DNA of 64,000 bases, from assembly GCA_028023455.1 (NCBI GenBank), contig JAQFVV010000009.1:1364001-1428000 (forward strand), in the 5' to 3' direction. The stretch comes from Epiperipatus broadwayi (lineage: Eukaryota; Animalia; Onychophora). The notes beneath the pieces are model-generated. The model was not told the DNA's origin, ran no database searches, and was given only the letters and a program-made list of their open reading frames with translations. Every line of letters begins with the position of its first letter. Positions within the stretch are counted from its first letter, which is position 1. Position numbers and translations under genes: made by a program. This document shows, piece after piece, positions 1 through 13,882 of the stretch.

Positions 1-745
1 GCCAGAATCATAATGCTGGATAAAATCATGCAATACAGGTAAGCTTGTATAATTCATATGATATAATATATAAACTTAGGCACAGTATTAGCATTTAGAT
101 ATTTCATTTTTCAGATCTTGGAATACATGAATCCTTTTTGTTAATGGAATGTGAATCCTTTGCAATTGCCCAAGTCTCTTTGTATTTTTTATTTCTATCA
201 TCTCTTTCCGAGATTGATCTAACATTGGATGGAGAAAACGTGACCTGCGGCACATTCATGATCAAGAAAGATCGATCTAAATTCAATCTTGTTTAGCTCT
301 TTTGTACAAATATGCATATTGGGCAATTTTTGTGAGTCTATTTTATGAGATTCCCCATAATATACAGGCACAGGAAGGATAAGTACATGCAATATTATAG
401 ACTACCTGAGGAGCATGCTCCACAGCTATTTTGTCTTGAGTATTGTTCAACAAATTATTAAGAGAAGGCGGTGATCTAAAATCCTGTACATGTTAGCGCA
501 AATGTTCCTAATAAGGAAGGCTTATCCATGCTTTAGGTATATTATTGTTTTTAACTTTACATTGGTGTAAAATTTTCCTACTGTTTTATAATAAGCATGT
601 TACGATTATAACCAAGCCCTACTACATCATTGATGTGTGCATCTATGTTGTTTTTTCTGTGCTGTCTCATATTTGCATAGATTATTCTTTTCTATGTAAG
701 AAACATTTAAAGCCAGCTCGTTTGTGTTCCATCATCTGAAAAATA
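1..745 (-). mobile_element. Decayed Penelope-like element (family F-prime): RT thumb + GIY-YIG 3-prime half
   Basis: Minus-strand fragments HKRAGFKCFLHR, GFRSPPSLNNLLNNTQDKI, VVYNIACTYPSC and KYKETWAI align in order with the protein encoded at 30055-31646. Many stops and frameshifts. Confidence 0.7.
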
Positions 746-950
746 AAATATCTAATTGTCTTATTTGCATATTGGTCTCATTTACATATTATATTATATC
801 AATTATATAAGCTTACCTGTATTCTTTAACTTTATTCAGCAGCATGATTCTGGCAGTGTTTTGCCAAAAGCTGGCTCAGTGCAGTTAATTAGTTTATGTT
901 TATTAATTTATACCTTTTCATCTGAACTCTAAGTCAATGACTGCTTAAGA
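735..950 (+). mobile_element. Inverted copy of the 3-prime end of the same PLE (foldback arm) with degenerate HHR at 841-882
   Basis: 735-854 is the reverse complement of about 1-120 (gccagaatca/tgattctggc, caggtaagctt/aagcttacctg). A 5-prime inversion is typical of PLE insertions. Confidence 0.65.
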
Positions 951-1137
951 ATTAATTGTTATCTATAGATATATGTCTTATGTTGCAGTAGTGCTCTTTT
1001 TCTTAGAATATTATAGTATTTCTTTTTTTATAAATCTCCTCATATACACTTTAATCCAATTTTATTTCCTTTATTTTTCTAACAATTTCAACTATCCTGC
1101 AGTCTTCATCAGAACTTTTTATAACCTTCCTTTTTAC

Positions 1138-1807
1138 TGTTTTCCTGAAGGTTTGTGATGATGGTGTTTGACTTGTATTTTTATATTGGACTATTTCCTC
1201 ATCTAATATGAGTTCTTTAGAAAAATTTAACTTTATTTAAATATTCCAAATACATTCAACTGTTAGTAATAGCACATTAAACAGGTTAGTATATGCGCAA
1301 CATTTCGAGAGGTATTATTCTCCCTTCTTCATCATGTGTTGCTGGCCTGACCAGTGACAGTACTGGCATGGGATTTAAAGAAGTTGCTCACATAATAATG
1401 GCAAAAAATCCCATAGGTCAACCTAGTGTGATTATACATAATGTATGGAAACCATTATTCAACTTTGCTCTTAGAAAAAAGTGGAGAAAGCAGAAGGAAC
1501 CTCATAGATAATTATATGAGATTTCTACTAACTGTTGCTTTGGCAGGATGACTCAGTTATATAAAGCATTACCTTAAAATTCAATACTCAAGAATCTAAG
1601 GGTCCAGGTTCAAATCCCGTGATAGTACTGTCACTGGTCAGGCCAGCAACATCTGAAGAAGAGGAAAGAATAACACCTCTCAAAACATGCATATATATGT
1701 GCTATTACTAACAGTTGAATGTATTTGGAATATTTAAATAAAGTTAATTTTTTCTAAAGACATCAATACTCAGATGATGGAAATAGTCCAATATAAAAAT
1801 ACAAGTT
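1138..1807. mobile_element. PLE family A 3-prime-end foldback insertion
   Basis: Inverted arms ~1138-1385 and ~1600-1807. The middle encodes the GIY-YIG tail (HIIMAKNPIGQPSVIIHNVWKPL). 12-bp TSD cttcctttttac at 1126-1137 and 1808-1819. Confidence 0.85.
1542..1627 (+). ncRNA. tRNA-derived (Lys-like) box A/box B module in the PLE-A terminal repeat, copy 1
   Basis: ggcaggatgactcag... and ggttcaaatcc (box B), at the same position as in the copies at 33116 and 36932. Box A is degenerate in this copy. Confidence 0.7.
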
Positions 1808-3929
1808 CTTCCTTTTTACATTTATATAGTCGAAAATGTTAGAAAAATAAAGGAGGAAATATAATAATTGCATTAAAGTATATATGAGATTTACAAAAAA
1901 GTAATATATATGAAAATATAAAGAAATGTAAAAAAAGTAAAGGAGGAGATATACGAATAATATTATAGTGTATGAGATTATGAAGAAGTTTATATTTAAA
2001 GAAGTAAAAAATATTATTGTAAATAAATGTCTTTTTTTTCATTTGCTAATACATATATATAGTAACTTAAATTTTTTTCCATAATCCATTATAAATCTGT
2101 TTTTTTTATTTCCGTTATTATCTTCTTGCTTTTTGGGCTGCTTAGCACTTTCACTTGATCAAACAGTTTTTGTTATAGTTGAAACACTTATGGAATGTGA
2201 TTATGGCTTATGAAATTCTTAAGTAATACAAATTTTATTTTTTTCAAATACACTAATATGTACATTAACTAAAAATTCTAGATTCTGACTTGTTAGATTT
2301 TTCATTAGTTGACTCCTTTAATATTTATCTGCAGTCAATTTATCAAATGATTGTTTAACAAAAGTTAAAATAATATCATCCATACATATAGAAGAATTTA
2401 ATATATTAATTCCTAAAATGGTAATTATTAATTTTTCATGCAAGAAGATTATAGATTGTGAGCTGATTATATAATTATTGTTTTAATTATATTAATATTA
2501 TTTATGACAGACATGTTATGCAGATGCCAGAATATATTAATCTGAATTTTCATATTCTGAAAATATCTTTAATATTTCATATGCCTATAATTACTGTTCA
2601 TGCATTATGTTCAAACAACAAAATCTGACAGGAAAATTACCAATGTATAATTATTATTCTTAATTTAATCTTCATATTATCATTGGCATTAATTTCTTTG
2701 GTATACTTTTTAAAAAACATGATTAATTTTTTTGTATAAGTTTCTCTCTTTTTGACATAATAATGGTAAAATATAATACACAGTAAGGTCAGATTAGAAA
2801 ATAACACTAATAGTAAATTAGAATTCAATACAAATAATAAATTGCATGGAGTAACATGATTAATGCAAGAACAAACATGCACACACACATTTTCTCATTT
2901 TATTTAAAAATGAAATGAAGAAAAATGCATTTAATTTGTCTTTGAAGTAACAATTTAGGGTTTGTTATTTAAGTCAGGTTTAAAAAGAATTGTGGACATG
3001 ATTCAATCACTGAAGTGACTTTTTTATGAAGAAGTAGTTTAAAACTAGTGATAAAAGAACTTAATTTTTATCAAGTATGATTACATTCAGATGTTGAGTG
3101 AAGAGAGTAAAATACTATACCAATTGCTGGGAGAATAGAGTAGATGTTATCATATTTGTAATGTATCATTGTAGGTATAATTCCACTATCAATAAAATGA
3201 TATTTACTTAATTTTTTTACCATCTAAATAATAAGTATAATCATGTGATCAGATAAAGTATAAGATAGTACAATCTGCCATTGTCTACACTAGTGTTTCC
3301 CAAACTATTTTCTACAAAAAGTCAGTAGATGTCCCATGAAAAATTATGAAAAGTAATATAAGCCTCATATGATTATAAATACTGTACTATGTTTGAATAT
3401 GTTGAAACATGCTAGAAAAACAATCTATGCATGTCTTATGTTGACCATGATAACAAGTAAGCTGATATTGGTTTTTCAAGCTAAACATATTCATGGAGTT
3501 ATTCATTTATTAAACATATATTATTTTGCTTAAATATATGATTATTATTATAAGTCCTTATCACTTTTGGCTGTTTTATTATAATAGATTTGAATTGACT
3601 TGTGTAAATTTTGTGATTGAACATTTTTTATTATTGTAATTTTTATTTTATAATAATTATACATTATTTAGTATAATTACATGAAGTATTTATTTCAGCA
3701 TTACAGCTTATGTACTATAATCTTATTATTTTACAATCTTTAATTTTTATTACAAAACATTTTATTAAATCATTTTTATTACAATTGTTTTTATATTACT
3801 GATACTTTTTAGTATTTTTCTTTCATATTTATTTTTGTCTGATGCAGTCTTTTTTATAGCACTTTTTTTTTTGTTTCTATTACATTTCTGATTAACATTA
3901 GAATTTAAATGTTATTCAAATTATTATTC

Positions 3930-6160
3930 ATGGATTCTTGATTAAAGAAAGAAACTTTAAATCAAGGACATCGAAGTACTTCTTCTGACATAACTATGAT
4001 TGAAGAAGAAACTGTGGTTCTTCAAAATTTAATACTAAAAAGCAGGTGTCATGTAAGAGTATACCAGAAAAGAAATATGATGAAAGTTATTTGAATTGGG
4101 GATTTACCTTTATTGACAATAAAGATATTCCTAATGCATTGTGTGTTTTATGATATAAAATACTAGCAAATAATTCATTGGCTTCTCTTAAACTTCCTAG
4201 GTACTTAGAAGGAAAATATTTTAATTACAAAGAAAAGGTATATTTTTTAAAGAGATGATGTGATTCACTAGAAAAATTTTAAATGATTGCAATTGCTGAA
4301 AATGAAAATGCAACAGAGGCATCTTTTTGGATGAGTTACTGCATTGTACTTAATGGTGAACTCATACAATTGGAGAGACACTCATTAAATTTTGTGCAAA
4401 ACAAATTGTATCATGCATGTTAAACAAAGAGTCTGTTTAAAAAAATAGATACATTATCAAATAACATTGTTTTATACCACTTCAAAAATCTTTTTGCTGA
4501 TACATTTAGTTGTATTAATAATTACATTACAAACAAGAAATTAGTTGGGAAAAGTATATTGATATTTGTATAGATGATGCTTAAGCAATGATAAGTAAGA
4601 TGGAGTTATAACATTCTGCACTTAACTACAAAAATCACAAAAAGTCTTTGTGTTTTGCATAGGCAAGCATTAGTAGCAAAAAATAATTCAATATATTTAA
4701 AAATTATTTTGGATAAAGCTATAAAATTACCAACTATATTAAATCTTTTATACATATATTTAATAACCTGTTCTCTACACTTTTTTGAAACATGAATCAA
4801 GACATCTTAAAAGATAAATGACTCCCAAGGTGCATTTTGTGTTGAACCAGCACTTACCAGTTGGCCCAAGTCACAATCTCACACATTTATCAATAGCAAA
4901 TTATTTCATTTTGATTTACAAATGTCAAACTTATTCTACCCATTTTGACATGATCCACTGTAGATAATGCTTTTATGATTATCACTAATTATTTATTAAA
5001 CTAGAGGTTATTTCTAGCCCAAATATAAATTTTAAACCTCAGTTAAAGTTTAATATATCTGGGTTTTTTAATTAAACACACACACATGAAAGCATTCAAC
5101 TTTATTTATTTTTTCGCATATATATCTTTTATAGATATTAAGTATATGATAAAAATATAAGTGAGTCTTAGGCCAAATGATGAGGGCTGATTCAGCACAA
5201 AATGTATCTTAGGAGTCATTTGTCTTTTAAGGTTTCTTTATTCATATGTTTCAAGAATGTGTGGTGGAGTGCATATTTAATTAAAAAATAAATATATTAA
5301 TCTTTAACTGAGGTTTAAAAATGTATATCTAGGTAGAGATAATATAGTTTAATGAATGATTAGTGATAATCATTATTGTATTTAGAGTGGATCGTGGCAA
5401 AGTTGTGGATGGAGGAAGTTTGACACTTGTAAACAAATTGTAATAATTTACTATATAAAATCTCTATCACTTTAATTCTAGATTATTTAAACTTTTGTGT
5501 GATGAAATGGGTTGAAAACATGTTGCACTTTTATTACATACTGAAGTGAGATGACTATTTAGAGGAAAAATATTATTGAGACTTTTTGAATTTTGGGGTC
5601 AGTTATTGGGTTTTTTCCCAACTCAAATAATTTAGGGCAGAATTTCATTAAATTTTTAACAAGTCTTTCATGGTTGATAAATCTTTCATATTTAGCAAAT
5701 GATTTTATTAAGTGAAATGAAATTAATTTATTATTGCAAGAAAAGAATATTACAATTTCTAATGAAAGAAATAAAATTCTTTTGAATAAGTTTGATTATT
5801 TTCCCGCTTTTTATAAATTTTTTAACGAAAGAAATTCTAAAGTAGATAAAGTTTCCAATGGAATTTTAGAACACTTCTATGACTATAATCAATTCTTTTG
5901 CAATATTTTTCAAAGTCTGGTGAGGACAGTACTTGAGTTTGGAATCCATGTACAGTGACACCTAAACTATTAGACTTAGGGGCTCTGATTTAAAACAAAA
6001 ATGCAAGAAACTGCTATTAAATGATCTCTGAACAAATATAATTCAAGAACTTCCCAATGTGTCAAAACTAGCTGTTCATGTTTTGTTTCCTTCTCTATAA
6101 TATATTTATGCAAGGCAGGATTTTCAAAAACATTAAAAGCATTAAAAATATAATTTTAGT
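3930..6160 (+). pseudogene. Decayed Buster/Charlie-type hAT transposase (ZBED5-like), interrupted by the insertion at 4747-5449
   Basis: Motifs in order: MDS*LK (3930), KYDESYLNWGFT (~4074), LHRQALVAK (~4655), LLLHTEVR*LFRGK (~5528). Reading resumes after the insertion. Confidence 0.8.
4747..5449. mobile_element. Non-coding HHR-bearing element (family D), two inverted and circularly permuted ~320-nt units
   Basis: 14-bp TSD actatat(t/a)aaatct at 4733-4746 and 5450-5463. Decayed HHRs at 4825-4864 (-) and 5173-5212 (+) give the consensus CCAA-CTGATGA-GTGCTG-ATT-CAGCAC-GAAA-CGCGTC-TTGG. Confidence 0.75.
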
Positions 6161-8483
6161 ATGTATATGCCAGTTTGTTTTACTATTTTCATAATTAAAA
6201 TTTGAGAATTTCATGTGTTTTGTTTTACATAGTTAAAATTTGAGAATAAATGTTTGTTTCATTATTTTAATTCATATTTATTTTGCTTAATTTATTTATG
6301 ATTAATATCTGCCTACTTTATAAAATAAGATATTCCATTAAATATTCAATATTGGTGAAATATTGTCATATGAAAAGTTTGAAATGCTGATTTTTTTCAT
6401 TTTATTAGATTTTCTAGATGTGATTTTTTTATTTATTTATTGCTTTTACAATTGCATAGTTGGTAGTTGATTATACAATAAGATAATTAATCATTTAAAT
6501 AAAAATGTAATGATTTTACAAAATCTTTTAGTTGCATCAAATTGCTGAAGCTGATTAGTTGTGGAAAGAAAAACTATTCACATTAATCAATTTGATTAAA
6601 CTCTATCATTAATTCTTTTCAGTTACTGATTCACAAATATTATTAATGAATCTGGAAATATTCTATCCGGGAAGTAGAATCTCAAGTGGCTTTATTAAGT
6701 TCTTCAGTTTTGTCACTGTATACTTAATAAAACAATCATGTTGTTTGAAATTTTTGTATATTCAAACAAAAAGTCAGAGTTTTTAAATTTCATTTCTAAA
6801 ACTGATGAGGATAAATGACCACAATGATTTTGAGATACTTGATGATACTCTGGTAATTTTTAGAAAGATCATATTCAGCTGGCATTACTAAATTAGGAAA
6901 AATAAATTTGTTTAGGGATTTTCAAAAAGTTACTTTTTTATGTCATATTTCTTTATATGTTTGAAAAGTTTTTTGGCTTAACATTTAGCAAGAAAATCTT
7001 GATTGAAGCAACTCTCAAAAATGGTGAAACTATGACTTGAGTCAATAGTAAATCTGATTTACTTAATAGCTTTTTATATATTTTTCATGAAACAACTTGT
7101 CTTCTGATATCTATTGGAGGACTATGTGAAAGATTGGAAGTCCCTGCAAAATATGAATTTATTAGTGTCATCTGAAAAATTACGCCAATGTTGTTGAAGA
7201 TAAAGTAATGTAATATTACAAGTTTTGTAATAATGTTTTTTTTTCTATAATGTTAAAATAGAACATTATTTTAATAGTTTTTTTTTTTAAAAAAAAATAA
7301 TGGTATTTATATTAAAAAATCTAATGTTTTTGAATCTAAATAGTTTTAGTTAGAGGCCTGACTTTTAATGATAAGTCTCTTTTTTTTTATCTTTAGAAAT
7401 TAGAATTTTCTGTATGGGATGCCACAAAGGTAGAATTATATGGTTGGTATCTAAATATAACTGGAAAACATTGTCAGCAAATTGAGATTTTTCTGCTAGT
7501 ATGCAACAAAGTAATTATTTATTTTTTATTTATTAAAAAATACTACCAAATATATAAAAGTTGTCTTCAACTGTTTTTATAGTAAATACTGTAGAATTTT
7601 AGGTCAGATTAGTGAAATGTGTTATAAATAATATATCAAACCATGAAATAAATAAACAAACGGTGAAGAGTATCTTCAAATTATTTTGTCCTGACCAACA
7701 TACTCTGATGAACTTTGTGGTATCGAAGCATACCTTTATTAGTAAACATTCAACAATTTATAATATTACTATCAAAAAATGAAGCTCTAAATATAGTTCT
7801 TCCCACATCCATGATATTTTGATTTCAAGCCATTTATGGATATTAACTAACTATGCCTTTTTAACTCATATGTGTGTGTATCATACTGCATAGGTGTTGA
7901 AAAATATAAGATCTCAGAAGTGTGCATTATATTGAAACATGAATTAAAATATTGAATTATAGAATTTTAAATTTATTTTTAATTTTTTTTTTTTTATAAT
8001 CATGAATAACTCTAACCATATATATGGAAATGACATCTACAGTGAAAGGGATTTGGTTTAGTTTCAAGATCGTTAGGGTGGGCTGTTTTTCTGTTGTTTT
8101 TTTTACATTTAAGATCCTACATTTGCCTATACCAGTAACATTGTGAATTTAATTGGCTATTAATGCTTGTTTCATACTAGCATGAAGTATTGGTTTCAAA
8201 ACAGATTACTGCATTTTCCATTAATAGTATTGTAATCAGAATTTTTTTTTTAATTGTATGTTTAAAATCATGCAAAATAATTATATTATAAGTTTCTGAA
8301 TTGAGTGGTTCTTTATACGAAATATACTCTTTTAACCAGATGATTTTTTTAAAAATTTCATCAGTTGTATAAAATAATTATTAAAATAAATTATTATCAT
8401 TGTGATAATTATTATTATTAAAATAATGATGTTTTAAAGACAACTTTATTTAGTAAACTATGGTTACATTGGTAATTATATAT

Positions 8484-9019
8484 CTAAAATACAAGGAATA
8501 AATCCTTTATGTTGCTTTTTCAAATTAAAAATAAATCATAGATATAATAAAATATCTTTACTAACAATAAAATGATATATAACAATAACTGTAATATAGT
8601 CATATAATTATCACAAATAAAAATAACGCATAAAAGCTCTTTTCGGCAAATTTTAAATTTTTGCCCTTTTCAATATGGCTTAATTACAAAAATAACCTAT
8701 ACTGCATACATAGTGACATCTACCGGCTCTATATAAAATTAACACAAGCCTATAATTACACTTAAATACTTTATAACTTATTTAAGTGTAATTATAGGCT
8801 TGTGTTAATTTTATATAGAGCCGGTAGATGTCACTATGTATGCAGTATAGGTTATTTTTGTAATTAAGCCATATTGAAAAGGCAAAAATTTAAAATTTGC
8901 CGAAAAGAGCTTTTATGCATTATTTTTATTTGTGATAATTATATGATTATATTACAGCTATTGTTATATATCATTTTTTTGTTAGTAAAGATTTTTATTA
9001 TATCTATGATTTATTTTTT
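8484..9019. mobile_element. ~500-bp near-perfect palindrome (family G) with candidate variant HHR in each arm
   Basis: Arms ~8522-8768 and 8779-9023 with a 10-nt loop. The inner ~100 bp are perfect. 16-bp direct repeat attggtaattatatat at 8468-8483 and 9020-9035. Confidence 0.85.
8870..8917 (+). ncRNA. Candidate type-I hammerhead, U3-A8 core variant
   Basis: CATA-TTGAAAA-GGCAAA-AATTTAAAA-TTTGCC-GAAA-AG-AG-CTT-T-TATG. Stem I CAUA/UAUG, stem II 6 bp, stem III AAG/CUU with a 2-nt loop. Confidence 0.55.
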
Positions 9020-9339
9020 ATTGGTAATTATATATACATACAGGTATGATCTAGTTATTAAGTTCAATGAATGGGCTGGACTTATGGTATTATGGCATGA
9101 GGTTAGAGTCTGGACCAGGGTTTTTAGCAAGACCATGTAGCTGCAAAAATGTCCAGGTTTGCAATCTTGCTGTCTCTGGTTCTTACTACTCAAGCTTATT
9201 GGAGAATGTAGCTGGATGGTGTCTAGTGTTATTGCCACAGCAGAAGGTTGTTACCAGCACAGAAAATACATCTCTTATACCAAAATGCATAAAGACTGAA
9301 TATAACTGCACGGATGACAGTTGTGGAGCCTCAATGGAA

Positions 9340-10620
9340 TGGTGACATATAGTATGTAAAATATCAATAAATCTTTGGTACTTTATTAGTATCTTAGAGG
9401 CTGTAGAAATTTAGTTCCATAGACTTCAACATGTTATTTACTGGATTGGACTGCATACTTAGAATCTTCTGATAAATGTGCTACCTTCTTGCCTAGTATT
9501 GCATGGAAAACAGTCCACTTACTACTGGAGTAAAATATTCTTGTAGCTATTAGGGCTATGAGTATTGAAAACTAGTTTATCGTGGTAGATAACCTGTCCT
9601 AGGCATTGCAAATTAAGCGATCAAATTTCTTCTCTCATACTTATTTTAACATGGCTTTTATATTATATTTCAATTAGAATAAAAGTCAACATCAGAATGA
9701 ATGATTGCATACTATCTATGAAATTTTGAATGGCCCCCTTTTATACCTCTCTGTTATCTTTCTATCCCCTGTGTACATTATTTGCCATTATTCACACCAT
9801 AATGTAGATCATTTGCATATGTTTTCATCACTAATCAGCACTTGAATTATAATATAGATCATTTTAAAATCTTGGATCCCAGAGTAAAAATATTCCATTG
9901 TTCTCTTCTAAAACATGGCGGCAAACAAATTTGTATATGATATTATATTATTTTATATCAAAAGAAAAAGGAAATAGCTTATTGTTTTCTTTTCTTTATC
10001 TATCCTGATTCAATGCAGGAAGATATCAAATTAGTCTCCGACTTTTTTTTATTTCAAATTTCTCAAACATTGTTAATCCATAATTTTTGATCTTAGATTT
10101 GAATTCACCATACAATTTACTATTTGAATTGACAAAGTTTTATTTATAAATCGATTCTCAACATGTAAAACCAAAAAAGATCTCAAAATGTCTTACAATT
10201 TATGAATTATTTATTTTAAACTCGATTCGCAATCAACCTTTTTTTTTTCTTCTTTTACAGTCTCATTTAATTTTATATTTCTATTTCCATTTTATGAAGT
10301 AAATGGTCCATAACATTATGCATAAATTACCTTTACCAGTATACAATATGATTAAAACATATATTAATAATTTCTCTTTTTTTAGTCTCATGCGTAATTT
10401 CTTTATTATATATACATGCATGCACATGTTCAAATCTTTAGATATTTATGCATAGGTTGCCCTTCACAGTACACAATAAATATTACTGTCAAATGTATAT
10501 ATCAGCTTTCGTTTGGGCAGTTTATTTTAGTGGCACATAATAAAGTAGTTTGTACATTTTTTCTCATTTTATTTTTATGCAGTATTTCACCCTGACTAAC
10601 GTGGGTTGATTCAGGTTGAT
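9340..10620. repeat. Unclassified ~1.3-kb dispersed repeat, copy 1 (copy 2 at ~13015-14640)
   Basis: Collinear similarity throughout (tatcttagaggctgtag, gatcttagattt(g/a)aattcaccatacaa, gactaa(c/t)gtggg). No diagnostic protein motif recognised. Confidence 0.7.
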
Positions 10621-11199
10621 ATATATCTCTTTTTTTAAAAAAGAGACAATGGGACCGTGCAACTTTCCATTTCTGATTTGTGTGTTAACTAACACTCTTA
10701 TTTTATATTCATTTCTTTGATTATGGTGTTTTAAATGTTATATATATCCACAATGTTCAGAGAGTTGTTTGTCATTAAGTAATGCATAGAATTTTACTTT
10801 CGAATGCACAAAAATTTCATCATATGATATAAAGATGTGCAATACATGGACATTAGAAGGATTATCACAGATTGATTTCTATTAAGCTATCCACAACACA
10901 CCATCATAGAATAAAGCCTTGCTCTCTTTTTGAGTCTCATAGGTTGATACAGTAAACAAAAAATTCCAATTGCACCTTGCTTCATCTAAGTCTAAAAGAT
11001 GAGTGAATAAATCATATGAAAATTAAGCCTTGCTCCTATTTGAGATTTAGTGGCTATTAGACCAATTCCCGAACCTTGCTTCCAAGTCTTACAGTAAATA
11101 AGTGCAATTTTTAACAAAGGAGAAAAAAATGGCAGCACAAGATGATATCAGCTTCCAAATATTGCATAACAACAGTGTTTCACTACATGATCAAATGAC

Positions 11200-12300
11200 A
11201 GTACATCTTCAGAAGCAAACCTATCTACATATACTATAATAGCATTTTATTTTATTCTTTGTAAAAATTATTTTTATCCATTGTGGGTCATAGATTGCAT
11301 ATTTTTTTACAATTAAATTTTTTTCCAAGTATCAAAGTCACTCTTTCTTTTTAGCCAGCTAGTAATCTCCTCATTTCTGGTTATTTTAATATCATTTTTG
11401 GGTTTGTCATATCTTTTGCTTTTAAAAACATTGTACAAGTTCATTTCTCCATAAAGCATTAACCTTTTTAACAGATCCAGGGTTGACAACGAATAATCCA
11501 TCCTTTGTTTTTCTAAAATTAAATTTTAACTCTCCAAATATTTGCTTATTGGTGGAGATATCCTTTGGGATGATCTGAACAATGTAATATTCTCTCTATT
11601 CTGAAGTCGATCTTTCACTTTATCCTTTCTCTTCTTTCCCTTATTCTTTTTGATTCTGCATACTGGCAGTAGAACTTGACAATCTGCCAACAGTAAACCA
11701 TTGCTTCAAACTGGGGTTAATACTAGAGTGTTTTACTCTTTTTCTTTTACAGGCTTTACCACATCAAATATCTCTATTTTTAACTTTCTTCATGTAATCT
11801 TCCTTTTTAATATTCAGTCATCAAACTTCATGTTCTTGTTTAATGGGAAAAACTTCATAACATTCCTTAAACAATGAACTCTGGCAATCATCTGAAGGAT
11901 TTTTAGTTTTATTATTATTAAAATTAATTTCTATATCATTTTGAGACAAGTTAGCACATAAAGCTTTTCTCAAATTTTCACTTAATAAACTACATTAAAT
12001 TTCTTGATATTTATTATTTATATTTATTTCATATGAACTTTCTTCTACAGAGTTTGATACATTCTCAGATTTAAAATCTTGTATCACATCATCTGCACAT
12101 TCTTTATTTTTTTTTCTCTTCATATATCTTTTCAAAGTTTTCTTTCATTTTCTTAAACCCTTCTTCATCTCTTCAGCATTTTTTGCAGAAAATTGTTAAA
12201 TTTCATCTAACTTTTGTTGCATTTTTTCAAATTTTTGTTGCAACATTTCTTCGATCTTATTCATCAATGCATACAGCATTTAAGACATAAATCGGCCTGA
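11200..12300 (-). pseudogene. Decayed coiled-coil ORF, possibly LTR-retrotransposon gag
   Basis: Minus strand reads MLYALMNKIEEMLQQKFEKMQQKLDEI followed by Lys/Glu-rich fragments with stops. The family assignment is a guess. Confidence 0.3.
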
Positions 12301-13882
12301 TTTTTCTTCTATGGTCTTCTCTACTGTCAGAATAGCTTATTACATAATTGGTTCTGTGTCCATTGATTGTACATTTGAGCATCCAACATTTTTATTTTTT
12401 GAACAAGTTATTATAGGTACATATATATGAATGTTTTCTAATCCTTTTGTTAAATACCCTGCTATTTATATATTTGCACACTTTTGTTTTTTCTTCTATA
12501 TTATAAATTGACGACATATCAGTCTCAATCTCAGCGTGTAATCCTCTCCAGAATAATGTGATATATCTCTAATTTATATTATATATATTGTCATTTATAT
12601 TATCTTTCCTATCCTACTGCTACAAAATATTCCTCAATCTAAACATTATTTATATTTATTAATTTATCATACAGTATCATATGCTGGATTTTTTCATACT
12701 TTAATTACATTTATGTATAAGGATGTGGATATTCAAACTATACACATGTTTGTAGGGCCAGTTATGTAACAGTAAAATAATTTATTAACAATGAGAAAAA
12801 AAATCAGTAAGTTGGTTAGATATACTAACGATTATGAATATATATAATCAAAGACATTGCAATAATTAATGTTTTTTCAGTTTTAAAAACATTTAAAGTC
12901 ATAAATCATGGGTTTCTAAATTTTTTTTTTCTGTAATTACTGTCATTTTCATAAATTCACTTGAGTAGATTTCTTTTCACATGCTGGAGACTTGAATTAT
13001 TGTTACAGCAGCACGGTGCCATATAGCATGTAGAATATCAATAGGTCTTCAGCAATTAAGCAACAGTATATTTTCTTTCCTTTACTGGTATCTTAGAGGC
13101 TGTAGTGATCTAGTTCCACAGATTGTGACATGTTATTTACTGGATTGGATGGCATACTTAGAATCTTCTGACTGATGGGCTACCTTTTTGCCTAACCTAA
13201 TATGGTAAACCGTTAACAATTGAAGTAAAACATTTTTATAGTTGTTAGGATTATGAGTATTGAAAACTACTTTATTGCGGTCAATAACCTTCTGCCCTAG
13301 GCCTTTGCAATTTTAATTAGTAGTCAAGTTTCTCCTCTCTTACTTATTTCAACATGGTTTTTAAATTGTGCTTGCAATCGGAGTAGCTTTTTCATGGAAA
13401 ATCAGCAACGAAATAAAAATCAACATTAGAATAAATGGCCCCTTTTTATACCTCTATTATCTTTATATTCCCTGTCTACATTATTTGCCATTACTCAAAC
13501 CATAATGTAGACATTGGCATATGTTTTCATCACTTATGAGCACTCGAACTATATGTGGACCATTCTAAATCTCGGACCCCAGAATAAAAACATTCCATTG
13601 TTCTCTTGTAAAACGTGGGGGAAAATATTATTTTATATCTAAAGAAGAAAGAATTAGTGGCTTGTTTTCTTTATCTACCCCTTTCTAATGCAGGAAGATA
13701 TAAAATTCTTCTCCCACTTTTTTTATTTCAAATTTTTCAAATATCATTAATCCATAATTTTTGATCTTAGATTTAAATTCACCATACAACTTAATATAGG
13801 AATTAACAAGATTTTTTTTATAAATTGATTCAGAACAGGTAAAACCAAACAGATCTCAAAATACCTTACAATTTATGAACTA

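Noticed and set aside
39-114. gtaagc...ttttcag as a 76-nt host intron at the window start
   Set aside because: It lies antisense within the PLE 3-prime end and is mirrored at 740-818. No host exon context supports it.
1771-1806. cagatgatggaaatagtcca in the family-A terminal repeat as a second HHR
   Set aside because: A TGGA/TCCA hairpin is present, but no GAAA follows and the C3-U4 positions are not conserved in any copy.
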